Assembly (NCBI GenBank): GCA_043811535.1
Contig: JBDRNC010000027.1
Span: 21,283-85,282 of the forward strand
DNA length: 64,000 bases
Reading direction: 5' to 3'
Origin: Elusimicrobiota bacterium
Lineage (GTDB): Bacteria; Elusimicrobiota; Endomicrobiia; Endomicrobiales; JBDRNC01
Part shown: positions 18,360-27,411 of the stretch, piece by piece
How the letters are laid out: the number at the start of each line of letters is the position of its first letter
Position numbering within the stretch: position 1 is the first letter of the stretch
The notes under the pieces: model-generated
Told to the model about the DNA's origin: nothing
The model's input: only the letters and a program-made list of their open reading frames with translations
The model's database searches: none
Program-made: the position numbers and the translations under genes

Positions 18360-19464
18360 ATAAATGTTCCAGTATTCTGCTTGCTATCAACTGGCTCGCG
18401 TTGGGGCGCGACAGGCTCAGCGCCCTGAACCCGCACTTAATCAATTTCTGCGGATTGTTCAGGAGTCCCTGGACAAGCGCGGGAAGGTGTTTAATATTAT
18501 CGCAGCGTTCGGCAACATTGTGTTTCATGAGATAGGCGGCATTCCTTTCTTCCTGGCCCGGCAGCGGCGACATGATAATCATGGGCAATCCCTTCGCCAG
18601 GGCTTCGGCGCAGGTCAACCCGCCCGGTTTTGAGATAACAGCGTCCGCGGCATCCATTAAACGGCTCATATTCTTCACATGCCCGAAAATGAAAATATTC
18701 TTGTGGCTCCCGAGGTCTCTCTTTAGTTGCCTGTATAACGGACGATTATAACCGGCAACCGCTATAATCTGGATATTTCTTACCGTCAAAAGGACGCGCA
18801 GAGCCTCGGATATGTGGCCGAGGCCCTGGCTGCCGCCCAGTACGAGCGCGGTCCGTACCGCGGGACGCAGTCCAAGTTTCTTGCGCGCGAAGTTCTTAGG
18901 TATTGAAACGGAAAATGAAGGGTTTATCGGGATTCCCGTGACGCATATCCTGTTTTCAGGTATTCCCCTTTTCTTTAGATCGTTCATGGCTTCTTCGTTA
19001 GGGACAAAATAGTTGTCTACATTTTGTTCCGGCCAGTACGGATGCGCGGCAAAATCCGTGACGACCGCCATGTGAGGGACATTTATCCTTCCCATATCTT
19101 TTTCATGCGAAATAAAACCCGCAGGTATCGCCTGAGTGCAAACGATAATATCGGGGCTGTAGTTTTTAAGGACCTTGTGCAGTTTCGGGATGTTCAACAG
19201 GTTGAAAAACTGTCTTAGCTCCACTGTGAGCTCGGCAAAATCGGCATTGCCGTACAGGTAATCCCATGCGTGAGGAATGCTGCGAAGTATCTCAATGTAT
19301 ATTCTTGACAGAAGCGGGCCCAAAAGCGGATAGGAATGTGTGAAGAAATCTATGCAGGAGCATTCCGCGCCGGGATTAAGCTGCATCAGGCTTTTCTGGA
19401 CAGCCTCCGCCGCTTTTTTGTGTCCTGAATTATTAGTGGCGCAGAGAAACAGGACCCTGTGCAT
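18349..19464 (-). CDS. MGDG-synthase/UgtP-like GT28 glycosyltransferase
   Basis: Motifs GHKKAAEA, VVTDF, TGIPI, GGSQG, SKPGGLT and PGQEERNA. Confidence 0.9.
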   Translation of the reverse strand: MHRVLFLCATNNSGHKKAAEAVQKSLMQLNPGAECSCIDFFTHSYPLLGPLLSRIYIEILRSIPHAWDYLYGNADFAELTVELRQFFNLLNIPKLHKVLKNYSPDIIVCTQAIPAGFISHEKDMGRINVPHMAVVTDFAAHPYWPEQNVDNYFVPNEEAMNDLKKRGIPENRICVTGIPINPSFSVSIPKNFARKKLGLRPAVRTALVLGGSQGLGHISEALRVLLTVRNIQIIAVAGYNRPLYRQLKRDLGSHKNIFIFGHVKNMSRLMDAADAVISKPGGLTCAEALAKGLPMIIMSPLPGQEERNAAYLMKHNVAERCDNIKHLPALVQGLLNNPQKLIKCGFRALSLSRPNASQLIASRILEHLYER

Positions 19465-19496
19465 TGTGACCCCGGTAGAAAGGCAGGAATCTCAGG

Positions 19497-19838
19497 TTAG
19501 AAGTATTTAGTGAACTTATTCTTTTTATCAACAAGGACTTGCCGGGATTTAAGGGGTTTATCCGAGAGTTCAAATCCCATTATGATTATCTCTTCGTCTT
19601 TTTTTATCAAGTGAGCCGCGGCGCCGTTCATGCAGATTACGCCGGAACCGCGCTCTCCCTTCATCACGTATGTTTCCAGCCTGTTTCCCGTAGTGTTGCT
19701 GACGACAAGGACTTTTTCGCCAAGGCACAACCCCGATTTCTCGATCAGCTCTTCATCAATGGTAATACTTCCCATGTAATCGATATTCGCTTCGGTGACA
19801 GTAGCTTTGAATATTTTTGACCTTATGAACCACCGCAT
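19497..19838 (-). CDS. panD: Aspartate 1-decarboxylase
   Basis: YMG|SITID self-cleavage site, RLETYV and NGAAAH. Confidence 0.92.
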   Translation of the reverse strand: MRWFIRSKIFKATVTEANIDYMGSITIDEELIEKSGLCLGEKVLVVSNTTGNRLETYVMKGERGSGVICMNGAAAHLIKKDEEIIIMGFELSDKPLKSRQVLVDKKNKFTKYF

Positions 19839-20035
19839 GGAACACCCCTATGTAATTAGATTGTCTTATGTGACATCCCGAGAAGCGGAGCGTATCGGGA
19901 TTGGGCACGTATCCTCTAGTGTTTTATTTTATTGCCGTTTGCGACATCCCGCCAACGGCGGGATTGACACCTTGAACACATAAAGCGTTGTTTTAAATTA
20001 CCGTTTGTGAAATCCCGCGTAAGCGGGATGTTGTG
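19838..20035 (+). repeat. Three-unit ~66-71 bp array with conserved flank and variable hairpin loop
   Basis: ATCCCG at 19875, 19946 and 20012, each closed by CGGGAT and preceded by ATT(G/A)(C/T)C.T.TG(C/T)GA. Confidence 0.75.
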
Positions 20036-20037
20036 TT

Positions 20038-20727
20038 TTATTTATTCGTATTTATATCGGGTTGCTTATCTTTGAGAACGCGGGAATTGAATTCTTCGCC
20101 GTAAGTATAATTGATTATTTTGTTCTTGCAAAGGTCGACATTGGGGACTATTATTATCGCTTTGTCATCAGAAACGAATCTGGATCTTCTTACTCCAATT
20201 TCGAGAACCTTCACATTTTCTCCGGTAGGCAGTTTTATCCTGTCTCCTATTCTAAACGGAGAATCAATCATTATCAGAAAACCGGCAATGATGTTGGCGA
20301 TAGTATCCTGGGCCGCCAGGGCTATTGCCAGCGAACCTACGCCAAGGGCCGCAACGAGGGCATTGATGTTTACGCCGAAAAAGGGCAGAATGATAAGCGT
20401 TGCGATAATCCATATAATGACCTTGGCCGTTCTTTGGATAATCGGCACGAGCTTGTCGTCAAGCTGCGTTTTTGTTTTTGAGGCCACGTTAGCATGATAC
20501 CATCCGAGCGCCGCTCCGGCGGTTTTACTGACAACGAACCCGGCCGCGATAACAAAGACGGAATTAATGTATTTTTTTAACGATTCGAAAAGCTCCGGAG
20601 ATATATTAGGAACGATCTCATTTACATAAAAAATATACGCCGCAAGAATTGCGGCAAAAATCAGGATTGATAACACGGCTTTTTTAAGGATTTCTACGCT
20701 TATCTTTTCGGATATTCTTGACATCAT
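20038..20727 (-). CDS. mscS: Small-conductance mechanosensitive channel family protein
   Basis: Motif GVGSLAIALAAQDTIANIIAG...PFRIGDRI, plus IVPN. Confidence 0.9.
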   Translation of the reverse strand: MMSRISEKISVEILKKAVLSILIFAAILAAYIFYVNEIVPNISPELFESLKKYINSVFVIAAGFVVSKTAGAALGWYHANVASKTKTQLDDKLVPIIQRTAKVIIWIIATLIILPFFGVNINALVAALGVGSLAIALAAQDTIANIIAGFLIMIDSPFRIGDRIKLPTGENVKVLEIGVRRSRFVSDDKAIIIVPNVDLCKNKIINYTYGEEFNSRVLKDKQPDINTNK

Positions 20728-20841
20728 GATCTCCCGAGATTTATTCGATTAAGCAGTTATTGGTTGTTAAGAAGGCATATCGGAGTTGTCGGTAGAAAGA
20801 CACAAGCCCTGATTTCGCATCTGCTGCGGTATGAAAGGGAT

Positions 20842-20921
20842 TCGGGGCGGGTCCGCCTAGGTGGAAACCGCCGACCTCTCCCACCCCAAGGGAGTGCGCT
20901 AGCCAACTACGCTACGCCCCG
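20842..20921 (-). tRNA. tRNA-Pro(GGG) with a disrupted T-arm (possible pseudo-tRNA)
   Basis: Acceptor, D and anticodon arms are intact (CTCCC-ttGGGgt-GGGAG). The T-loop is replaced by the palindrome at 20852-20865. Confidence 0.8.
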
Positions 20922-20928
20922 AATATCA

Positions 20929-21168
20929 TTATTTCAAAATTTTCTTTAAAAGATCTCGACCCTTACCCGTTTTTAGCTCTTTTTCTCTTTTCATAGCTTC
21001 ATTACGGGTTGCATAGGGTTCAGAATATACTAGTGTCACAGGAAGCCTAAATTTCGTTGATTTTTGTTTTCCTGAATTGTGCCACGTTACTCTTTCTTGA
21101 AGGTTGGAAGTTTGTCCGGTATATAGTTTACCGTCTTTTAAGCTTTTAAGCACGTAAACAAAGAACAT
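20929..21168 (-). CDS. Stand-alone GIY-YIG nuclease
   Basis: Motif FVYVLKS...LYTGQTSNLQERVTWHN...EAMKREKELK. Confidence 0.93.
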   Translation of the reverse strand: MFFVYVLKSLKDGKLYTGQTSNLQERVTWHNSGKQKSTKFRLPVTLVYSEPYATRNEAMKREKELKTGKGRDLLKKILK

Positions 21169-21176
21169 TTTTCTCT

Positions 21177-21569
21177 CTATTTAAGCATTTTCAGCAGATC
21201 CTGAAGCTCTTCCCTAACTTCCTTTATTACTTCAGGCGCGGCGGATGATGCAGAGACGGACGCTGGCTGTTGTATCTCAAAGTTCAGCTGGACATCGGTT
21301 GAGCCGCTGTCCTTGCGTTTTTCATCAAGCAGGTGTTTCTTGGCGCCGGCTATCGTGAACTTTCTGGAGTAAAGCAGGTCTTTAATCCTGAAGATCGTTT
21401 CAATGTCTTTACGGATATATTTCCGCTGGCCTGACGTCCTGCGAGCGGGTCTCAGCAGTTTGAATTCGCTTTCCCAGTACCTGAGCACGTACGCCGGAAT
21501 CTGGGCTATGCGGCTGGCTTCGCCTATGGAGAAGAATTCTTTGTCAGGTATCGGAGGAAAATCTAGCAT
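21177..21569 (-). CDS. MerR-family transcriptional regulator (ihfA-linked type)
   Basis: Motif IPDKEFFSIGE...VLRYWESEF...GQRKY. Confidence 0.92.
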   Translation of the reverse strand: MLDFPPIPDKEFFSIGEASRIAQIPAYVLRYWESEFKLLRPARRTSGQRKYIRKDIETIFRIKDLLYSRKFTIAGAKKHLLDEKRKDSGSTDVQLNFEIQQPASVSASSAAPEVIKEVREELQDLLKMLK

Positions 21570-21632
21570 TTTTTTCTATCGCAGGATCCAATCAAAGGTT
21601 AAAGTAATACTTTAAATCTTAATGTCCGCTAT

Positions 21633-21661
21633 ATTCTAACGAAAGAACTTCAAATTGTCAA
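21633..21661 (-). promoter_or_regulatory. Sigma-70 promoter
   Basis: TTGACA-17 nt-TAGAAT. Confidence 0.7.
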
Positions 21662-21671
21662 GTTATCTTTC

Positions 21672-21775
21672 GGGACAATTCCTTCGCAGTACGCCTCGCC
21701 CACACCTCTCGGCTCTCGCACGAGCCCTTCAAAAAGCCCAAGTCGGGCTCGTGAGACCTGCTGCAGAATTATCCC
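21672..21775. repeat. Structured palindromic intergenic element
   Basis: Outer stem GGGACAATTC...GAATTATCCC, inner stem CACGAGCCC...GGGCTCGTG. Confidence 0.55.
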
Positions 21776-21868
21776 TCACTCCCCATATAACTGCATTCTA
21801 AGGTTGTTCTTTTCCTGGTCTTAATTTCGTTAACTTATGAACCTATGAGCTAATGGACGCCGGTTGCG

Positions 21869-22126
21869 TTATAATAGATTCTTCGCCTGTTTGAAGCGCA
21901 CTTTCCTGCGGGGCATGAGGTGTATGGTTTCTCCTGTTTTAGGATTTCTGCCTTTCTTCGCGCGTGAAATGAAAGGAGTAAAGCTGCCGAATCCTGAAAC
22001 CACCACTTTATGCCCCTCTTTAAGGGCTTTCTTGATTTCGGCGAATATTTTGTCAACCGACGCTTTTGCTTCGGTTTTCGTGCTGAGTACCCTTGACAGT
22101 GATTCAACAAGATGCTTTTTGTTCAT
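21869..22126 (-). CDS. HU/IHF-family DNA-binding protein
   Basis: Motif VVSGFGSF...GRNPKTGE. Confidence 0.95.
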   Translation of the reverse strand: MNKKHLVESLSRVLSTKTEAKASVDKIFAEIKKALKEGHKVVVSGFGSFTPFISRAKKGRNPKTGETIHLMPRRKVRFKQAKNLL

Positions 22127-22205
22127 TTAAACTCCCATATATGGCTGACTGTTGTGTAATGTTCTTTGTTTAATGTGTAATGAAACAGCGGAAAAAGCAC
22201 CTTCA

Positions 22206-22889
22206 TTACACAGTATGCGTCGTTTTAGTTCTTATTTTCAGTTCTTTCCCTTCAATAAGCCTTTTTATGTTCGAGCGGTGCTGGAATATTATGAGAACCG
22301 CCATGCAGGCGGCGAAAATCGTAAGGCTTTTCGGACGGCCGAGCAGCAGCGAGAAAACCGGAAGCGCGATTGCGGCTGTTATTGAACCGGTAGACGCGTG
22401 TTTTGTCAGGAGAACGACTGCCCAGAACAGGGCAAAAGCCCCGGCCGCGGGCAATGGAAGCACCGCGAAAAACACCCCCGCGCTGGTCGCGACGCCTTTT
22501 CCCCCGCGGAAATTCAGGAATACGGTCCACATATGGCCTGCGATGGCGCAAATGGCCACGATTATCCAAAGAACCGTCCGGTCGGGCCCGAAATATCTTG
22601 CTGCGAGAAAGACGGGCAGAAATCCTTTGAGGAAGTCCAGCAGGAATGCGGCTATACCCGCGGCGGGGCCTGCGGTCCGGTAGACATTCGCCGCTCCGGG
22701 ATTCCCGGAACCGAGTTTCCGTATATCGATGCCTTTAAAGGCTTTCGCCGTCAGAAAACTGAACGGTATTGAGCCGGCAAGATAAGAAAATACGATCCAT
22801 ATGGGGATTTCCGTAAAACTGAAACTCCAGAGTACGGCTGACCCGATGAGGCCTAAAATAACCACTAAAAATACAAGTAATACATCCAT
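22206..22889 (-). CDS. plsY: Glycerol-3-phosphate acyltransferase PlsY, with an extra N-terminal TM segment
   Basis: Motifs YLAGSIPF, GSGNPGA.N, FRGGKGVAT and HRSNIKRL. Start at ATG 22889. Confidence 0.93.
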   Translation of the reverse strand: MDVLLVFLVVILGLIGSAVLWSFSFTEIPIWIVFSYLAGSIPFSFLTAKAFKGIDIRKLGSGNPGAANVYRTAGPAAGIAAFLLDFLKGFLPVFLAARYFGPDRTVLWIIVAICAIAGHMWTVFLNFRGGKGVATSAGVFFAVLPLPAAGAFALFWAVVLLTKHASTGSITAAIALPVFSLLLGRPKSLTIFAACMAVLIIFQHRSNIKRLIEGKELKIRTKTTHTV

Positions 22890-22891
22890 TG

Positions 22892-24199
22892 TTAACCTCT
22901 GACGAATTTCAGCACGATCGGCGTGCCCGTGAACCCGAAGTTTTCGCGCAGAATGTTGGTCAGGTAGCGCCTGTATGAGAAATGGACAAGTTCGGTCTTG
23001 TTTACAAGAAGAGTGAAATGCGGGGGGCGCGTGCCGGTTTGGGAGACTTTCGTTAGTTTCAGCATTTCCCCTTTTTGGGAGAACGGATTCCGCGCGAAGG
23101 CGTTTTCGAAGACTTCCTTGATCCGGTCGCTGTCCGCTGTTTTGGAATATTCCTGGTAGATCCCGTAAACTTCGTCCAGTATCTTTTCGGTGCGCTGGCC
23201 GGTTTTCGCCGACATGAAAACCACCTTTGACCACCAAAGGAACTTGAGCTTTTGTTCAAGAAGTCCGTTGAAACGCTTTACCATTTCTTCCCTGCTCTCG
23301 ATAAGGTCCCATTTATTGACGGCGATCAGGCACGCGCACCGGTTTTCCAGTATGAGCTCGGCTATACGCGCTTCGGTCTCGCCGACGCCCTGCGTGGCGT
23401 CAATGATCAAAACCGCCACTTCGGCGTTCTCAACCGCGTGGTGCGCGCTCAAGGAAGAAAGGTATTCAAGGTCGTTCTTGAATTTCCGTTTCTTGCGGAG
23501 CCCCGGCGTGTCTACAAGCACGAAAGTCCTTTCGCCGCGCCTGATGACTATATCGATGGCTTCCCGGGTCGTGCCGGCTTTTTCGCTTACAATAGTCCGC
23601 TCCTCTTTGCATATCATGTTCAGAAAAGAGGATTTGCCCACGTTCGGCTTGCCGAGCAGTATCACCTTTATTGCGTTTTCTGTTTTTTCCCCGGCCGATA
23701 TTTTATTGTCCATCGGAATAAGCCCGGATATCTTTTCCATCAGCTCGGGGATATTCCGCCCGTGCGTGGCGGAGACGTTGACAATGTTGTCGATCCCGAG
23801 TTTATAAAAGTCGAATGTTTTGGATTCTTCCCTTTCAGAGTCGATCTTATTGACCACAAGGATGGTTTTCTTATTCAGCCGCCTGATGAATTTCGCGAGT
23901 TCCAGGTCAAGCGGGTTGAGGCCGTTCTTGCCGTCGACAACGAACAAGGCGTAATCCGATTGCGTAAGCGCTTTCTCGAGGTTTTCCCTTATTTCGGCGG
24001 AGAACTGCGAAGTTTCGTCGCCCCACCCGCCGGTGTCGGCCAGTATGAAACTCATGTCCCCCCAGGTAACTACGTTCTCGTTCATGTCCCGGGTCGTTCC
24101 GGGTTCATGATGGACGAGCGCCTTCCTCCTGCCAATCAGGCGGTTAAAAAGAGTCGACTTGCCGGCGTTGGGCCGGCCCACGATTACTATTGTTTCCAT
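22892..24199 (-). CDS. der: Ribosome biogenesis GTPase Der (EngA)
   Basis: Two GTPase domains (GRPNAGKS, GKPNVGKS) and a KH-like tail FTGTPI. Start at ATG 24199. Confidence 0.95.
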   Translation of the reverse strand: METIVIVGRPNAGKSTLFNRLIGRRKALVHHEPGTTRDMNENVVTWGDMSFILADTGGWGDETSQFSAEIRENLEKALTQSDYALFVVDGKNGLNPLDLELAKFIRRLNKKTILVVNKIDSEREESKTFDFYKLGIDNIVNVSATHGRNIPELMEKISGLIPMDNKISAGEKTENAIKVILLGKPNVGKSSFLNMICKEERTIVSEKAGTTREAIDIVIRRGERTFVLVDTPGLRKKRKFKNDLEYLSSLSAHHAVENAEVAVLIIDATQGVGETEARIAELILENRCACLIAVNKWDLIESREEMVKRFNGLLEQKLKFLWWSKVVFMSAKTGQRTEKILDEVYGIYQEYSKTADSDRIKEVFENAFARNPFSQKGEMLKLTKVSQTGTRPPHFTLLVNKTELVHFSYRRYLTNILRENFGFTGTPIVLKFVRG

Positions 24200-24381
24200 T
24201 AGAGGTGTTTGCCCGCCTTCGCGTAGAGTCTCTGAAGTTTCACTTTGAATAAAAACGTCTGCGACTGAGTGTGTAAATATACCAAGTCGCTTGAAAAGGG
24301 CAGTCCACCGAAGCTGCCCGCCGCGGCGGGCGCTTAGTGAAGGTGGATGCTCCCCGGTGTATCGGGGAGGTGGAGACGGTA

Positions 24382-24918
24382 TCACCGCCTAACTGGCGGT
24401 GAGGCTCCACTCAGGTTCTTGCTCCCGACAATGACGTAATCAAGAGCGGAAGCGGAGGTTATGATGACCGTTAATACGAGAAAACCCTCTTTCCACTGCC
24501 CTGCGAGACCGAGCAGTATCAGCCATACAGTGGTCATCTGGATTATCGCCGTCAGTTTTCCGGAAAGCCGCGGCTTTATCTCGATAGAATGCGTGATGAA
24601 GTAGAACACGAGCCAGCCGATTACGATGAGCATGTCCCGGCTCACAATGACCACGAATATCCAGAGCGGTATGACTTTCAGGTATGCCAGCGTCAAAAAC
24701 GATGAAAACATCAGCAGTTTGTCCGCGAGCGGGTCCAGAAAAGAGCCGAGAGCCGTTTTTTGCTTTTTCCAGCGCGCGATGAAACCGTCAAGCGCGTCGG
24801 TCACTATTGTGAACGTGAATATCACGGCGGGCCACGGGTGGTGCCCCTGAAGAAGCAGCACGATAAAAATAGGCATCAATATGATGCGCAGGAGCGTTAT
24901 TTTAGTCGCGAGAGTCAT
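24382..24918 (-). CDS. pgsA: CDP-alcohol phosphatidyltransferase (PgsA-like)
   Basis: Motif TDALDGFIAR...GSFLDPLADK. Confidence 0.88.
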   Translation of the reverse strand: MTLATKITLLRIILMPIFIVLLLQGHHPWPAVIFTFTIVTDALDGFIARWKKQKTALGSFLDPLADKLLMFSSFLTLAYLKVIPLWIFVVIVSRDMLIVIGWLVFYFITHSIEIKPRLSGKLTAIIQMTTVWLILLGLAGQWKEGFLVLTVIITSASALDYVIVGSKNLSGASPPVRR

Positions 24919-24929
24919 TTATCCGCCTT

Positions 24930-25070
24930 ATTAAACACTAAATACTAAACTCTAAACACTAAATAAATCAAAAATAATAAATTCAAAATTTCAAATATAA
25001 CTGCAGTGTTTGTGTTTTAATTTTTGTGTTTTGAGCTTATTTAGTGTTTAGTATTTTGTTTTTAGTATTT
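24930..25070. repeat. Empty TAAACAC/TAAATAC heptamer inverted element overlapping the hflX 3' end
   Basis: Arms closely resemble those flanking 6800..7159. Confidence 0.8.
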
Positions 25071-26418
25071 GTCGTATCTTGTTCCAGTGTTCCTTTGTCG
25101 TTTCAATATTCAATTTAACGTTTTTTTCGGTATATTCCCGTTTTTTTACGACAGCCAGCTTGTGAATCTGTCCAAGCAGCCGTGTTTTGGAGTACGGCAC
25201 TCTTATCGAGTGGCGGTATACTTTCGGTACGACTATATTCTCTATTCTGGAAAGGAGCTGTTCGACGCCGTTGCCGAATCTCGCCGATATCAGCAGCGCC
25301 CCGTCGCGCGAGAGCCTGGCGCGCTGTTCTTTTAAAAGCAGGTCGGCCTTATTGTATACGTTTATGACCGGTATTTTTTCAGCGCCGAGTTCTTTAAGGA
25401 CCGACAGCACTGTCCTGACCTGGTTCTCGTAGTCCGCGTGCGACGCGTCAATGACGTGGACAAGGCAGCTTGAAAGCGATATTTCTTCAAGCGTCGCGTG
25501 GAAAGCCGCCACAAGCGAATGCGGGAGTTTTTTGATGAATCCGACCGTGTCCGTAAAAAGAGCGATCCTTCCGTTTGGGAGCTTTACCTGCCTTGTTGTG
25601 GGGTCAAGCGTCGCGAAAAGCTTGTCATCCGCGTAAACCCCGTTAGAAATCTCACGGGCAGCATAGTATGCTTTGTGCGAATTGGATTGTCTGTTCTTCC
25701 CCGGGATAAAGCCCGCGATGTCCTGATTTTTTACGGGGTAAACCCCGCGGTTTTTATCCGTACCGGGTGTTGCCCCGCTTAAAGCGTTAAGCAGTGTTGA
25801 TTTTCCGGCGTTAGTATAACCGGCGATAGTCACTACCGGCTGCCCGGAATCAAGCCTTTTCTGCCGCAGGACGCCGCGATGGAACCTGACCGATTCTATT
25901 TCCCGGTCCAGCAGCGCTATGCGTTCCCTGACGCGCCTCTGGTCGACTTCAAGTTTTTTCTCGCCGGGGCCCCTTGTGCCTATGCCGCCGGTCTGCTGTT
26001 CAAACCTGCCGAAGCGTTCGGTTATGCGCGGAAGGAAGTATTCCAACTGAGCCCGCTCAACCTGAAGTATGCCCTCTTTGCTGCGGGCTCTTTTGGCGAA
26101 TATATCAAGGATGAGGCGCGACCGGTCGATTATCTTCGCTTCTACGGCTTCTTCAAGATTTTTCTGCTGCACGGGCTTGAGCTCTTCGTCAAAGATAATG
26201 GTTTTAATATTTTTTTCGCGGGCCAATTCCTTGAGTTCCAGCGCTTTCCCGGCGCCGATAAGATATGCCGGGTCTGTTTTATGCCGTTTCTGTATTACGG
26301 TTAATTCCGGTTTTGCTCCGGCAGTCTCGGCAAGCCGCGAAAGCTCGGCGATCGAATCCTCAACTTCGTTTCGTTTTGTCTTCGGAAGCTGCAGGCCTAA
26401 AAGGATTGCTCTTTCCAT
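25048..26418 (-). CDS. hflX: GTPase HflX with an in-frame 35-aa insertion
   Basis: Motifs GIGTRGPGE, GYTNAGKSTL, LFATLDPT and DTVGFI. Confidence 0.96.
   Translation of the reverse strand: MERAILLGLQLPKTKRNEVEDSIAELSRLAETAGAKPELTVIQKRHKTDPAYLIGAGKALELKELAREKNIKTIIFDEELKPVQQKNLEEAVEAKIIDRSRLILDIFAKRARSKEGILQVERAQLEYFLPRITERFGRFEQQTGGIGTRGPGEKKLEVDQRRVRERIALLDREIESVRFHRGVLRQKRLDSGQPVVTIAGYTNAGKSTLLNALSGATPGTDKNRGVYPVKNQDIAGFIPGKNRQSNSHKAYYAAREISNGVYADDKLFATLDPTTRQVKLPNGRIALFTDTVGFIKKLPHSLVAAFHATLEEISLSSCLVHVIDASHADYENQVRTVLSVLKELGAEKIPVINVYNKADLLLKEQRARLSRDGALLISARFGNGVEQLLSRIENIVVPKVYRHSIRVPYSKTRLLGQIHKLAVVKKREYTEKNVKLNIETTKEHWNKIRQILKTKY
25633..25747. mobile_element. 105-bp palindromic insertion inside hflX
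   Basis: ACCCCGTTAGAAAT...ATTTTTTACGGGGT bounded by the direct repeat GTAAACCCCG (25633-25642, 25738-25747). Confidence 0.8.
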
Positions 26419-26448
26419 ATTTTGGGTTGTAACTGTAAATGAGAGTCA

Positions 26449-27384
26449 CTATTCTACCATATCGGCTATACGATTAGCAATATTGACCGCAGAAAACTGT
26501 TTTTCTGATGTATGGATCCAATTAATGCGGTTGTCTTTTCTGAACCATGTTATCTGTCTTTTCGCGTAATTCCTGTTGTCCTGTTGAAGGCCGGACACAA
26601 GTTCCGTTCTGTCCGTTATGCTTTTCAGAAAATCGATGACGCGGCGGTATCCCAGACCCTGGAGTCCCGGGCAGTCTTCCTTAAATCCCATGGCGACAGC
26701 CCTTTTTGTTTCTTCTATCATGCCCGATTCAAGCATCTTACGGCTTCGCGCGTCCACCCGGCCGTATAATTCTTCCCTTTCCCAGAGCAGGCCGAACTGG
26801 ATGAATTTCTCCGACGAAGGTTTTGTGTTTTTGTGCAGAGCGCTTATCGGTATGCCGGTGAGCTCATACACTTCCAGCGCGCGGATAAGCCTCTGGGGAT
26901 TGCCCTTGTTTTTTTCGGCGGCCTGCGGGTCGATTGTTTTCAGCCGTTCGTAAAGATGTTCTTTCCCGCGACTGGACAGGCCGGCCTGCAGTTTCGCGCG
27001 TATCACGGCGTCCTGTTCCGGCAGTTCTGCCAGCCCGTCAACGAGCGCTTTGATGTAAAGGCCGGTGCCCCCGGCTATGATAGGGAGTTTTTTTGAGTTT
27101 CTTATCTTCCGTATAGATTCCCCTGCCTGCTTTACGAATTCTCCCGCGCTGAAAATTTCGGACGGTTCAATTACATCCGTAAGGCGCTGGGCTATGCCGC
27201 CGGCCATGCGCAGGCCGGTCTTTTGGTCAAGTGTTCCTTCCTTGTTTGTGCCGATATCAAGGTATCTGTAAACCTGCCTTGAATCTGCGGAAATGATCTC
27301 ACCGTTGATCTTTTTAGCAAGTTCAACCGCGACGGCTGTTTTACCTGAACCAGTGGGCCCTGCAATAATAATTATCGCGTTCAT
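26449..27384 (-). CDS. miaA: tRNA dimethylallyltransferase
   Basis: Motifs GPTGSGKT, SADSRQVY, GGTGLY and YAKRQITWF. Confidence 0.97.
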   Translation of the reverse strand: MNAIIIIAGPTGSGKTAVAVELAKKINGEIISADSRQVYRYLDIGTNKEGTLDQKTGLRMAGGIAQRLTDVIEPSEIFSAGEFVKQAGESIRKIRNSKKLPIIAGGTGLYIKALVDGLAELPEQDAVIRAKLQAGLSSRGKEHLYERLKTIDPQAAEKNKGNPQRLIRALEVYELTGIPISALHKNTKPSSEKFIQFGLLWEREELYGRVDARSRKMLESGMIEETKRAVAMGFKEDCPGLQGLGYRRVIDFLKSITDRTELVSGLQQDNRNYAKRQITWFRKDNRINWIHTSEKQFSAVNIANRIADMVE

Positions 27385-27411
27385 TCACCTATTCTATAAT
27401 ATTTGACCAAA

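Noticed and set aside
22890..23237. ORF-track N-terminal extension of plsY (likewise 9565-9621, 6708-6728, 62594-62611)
   Set aside because: These overlap der or repeat elements. Downstream ATGs fit RBS, signal peptide or paralog starts better.
25633..25747. Intein in HflX
   Set aside because: Only 35 aa, with no Cys/Ser start or His-Asn end. A DNA palindrome with a direct repeat explains it.
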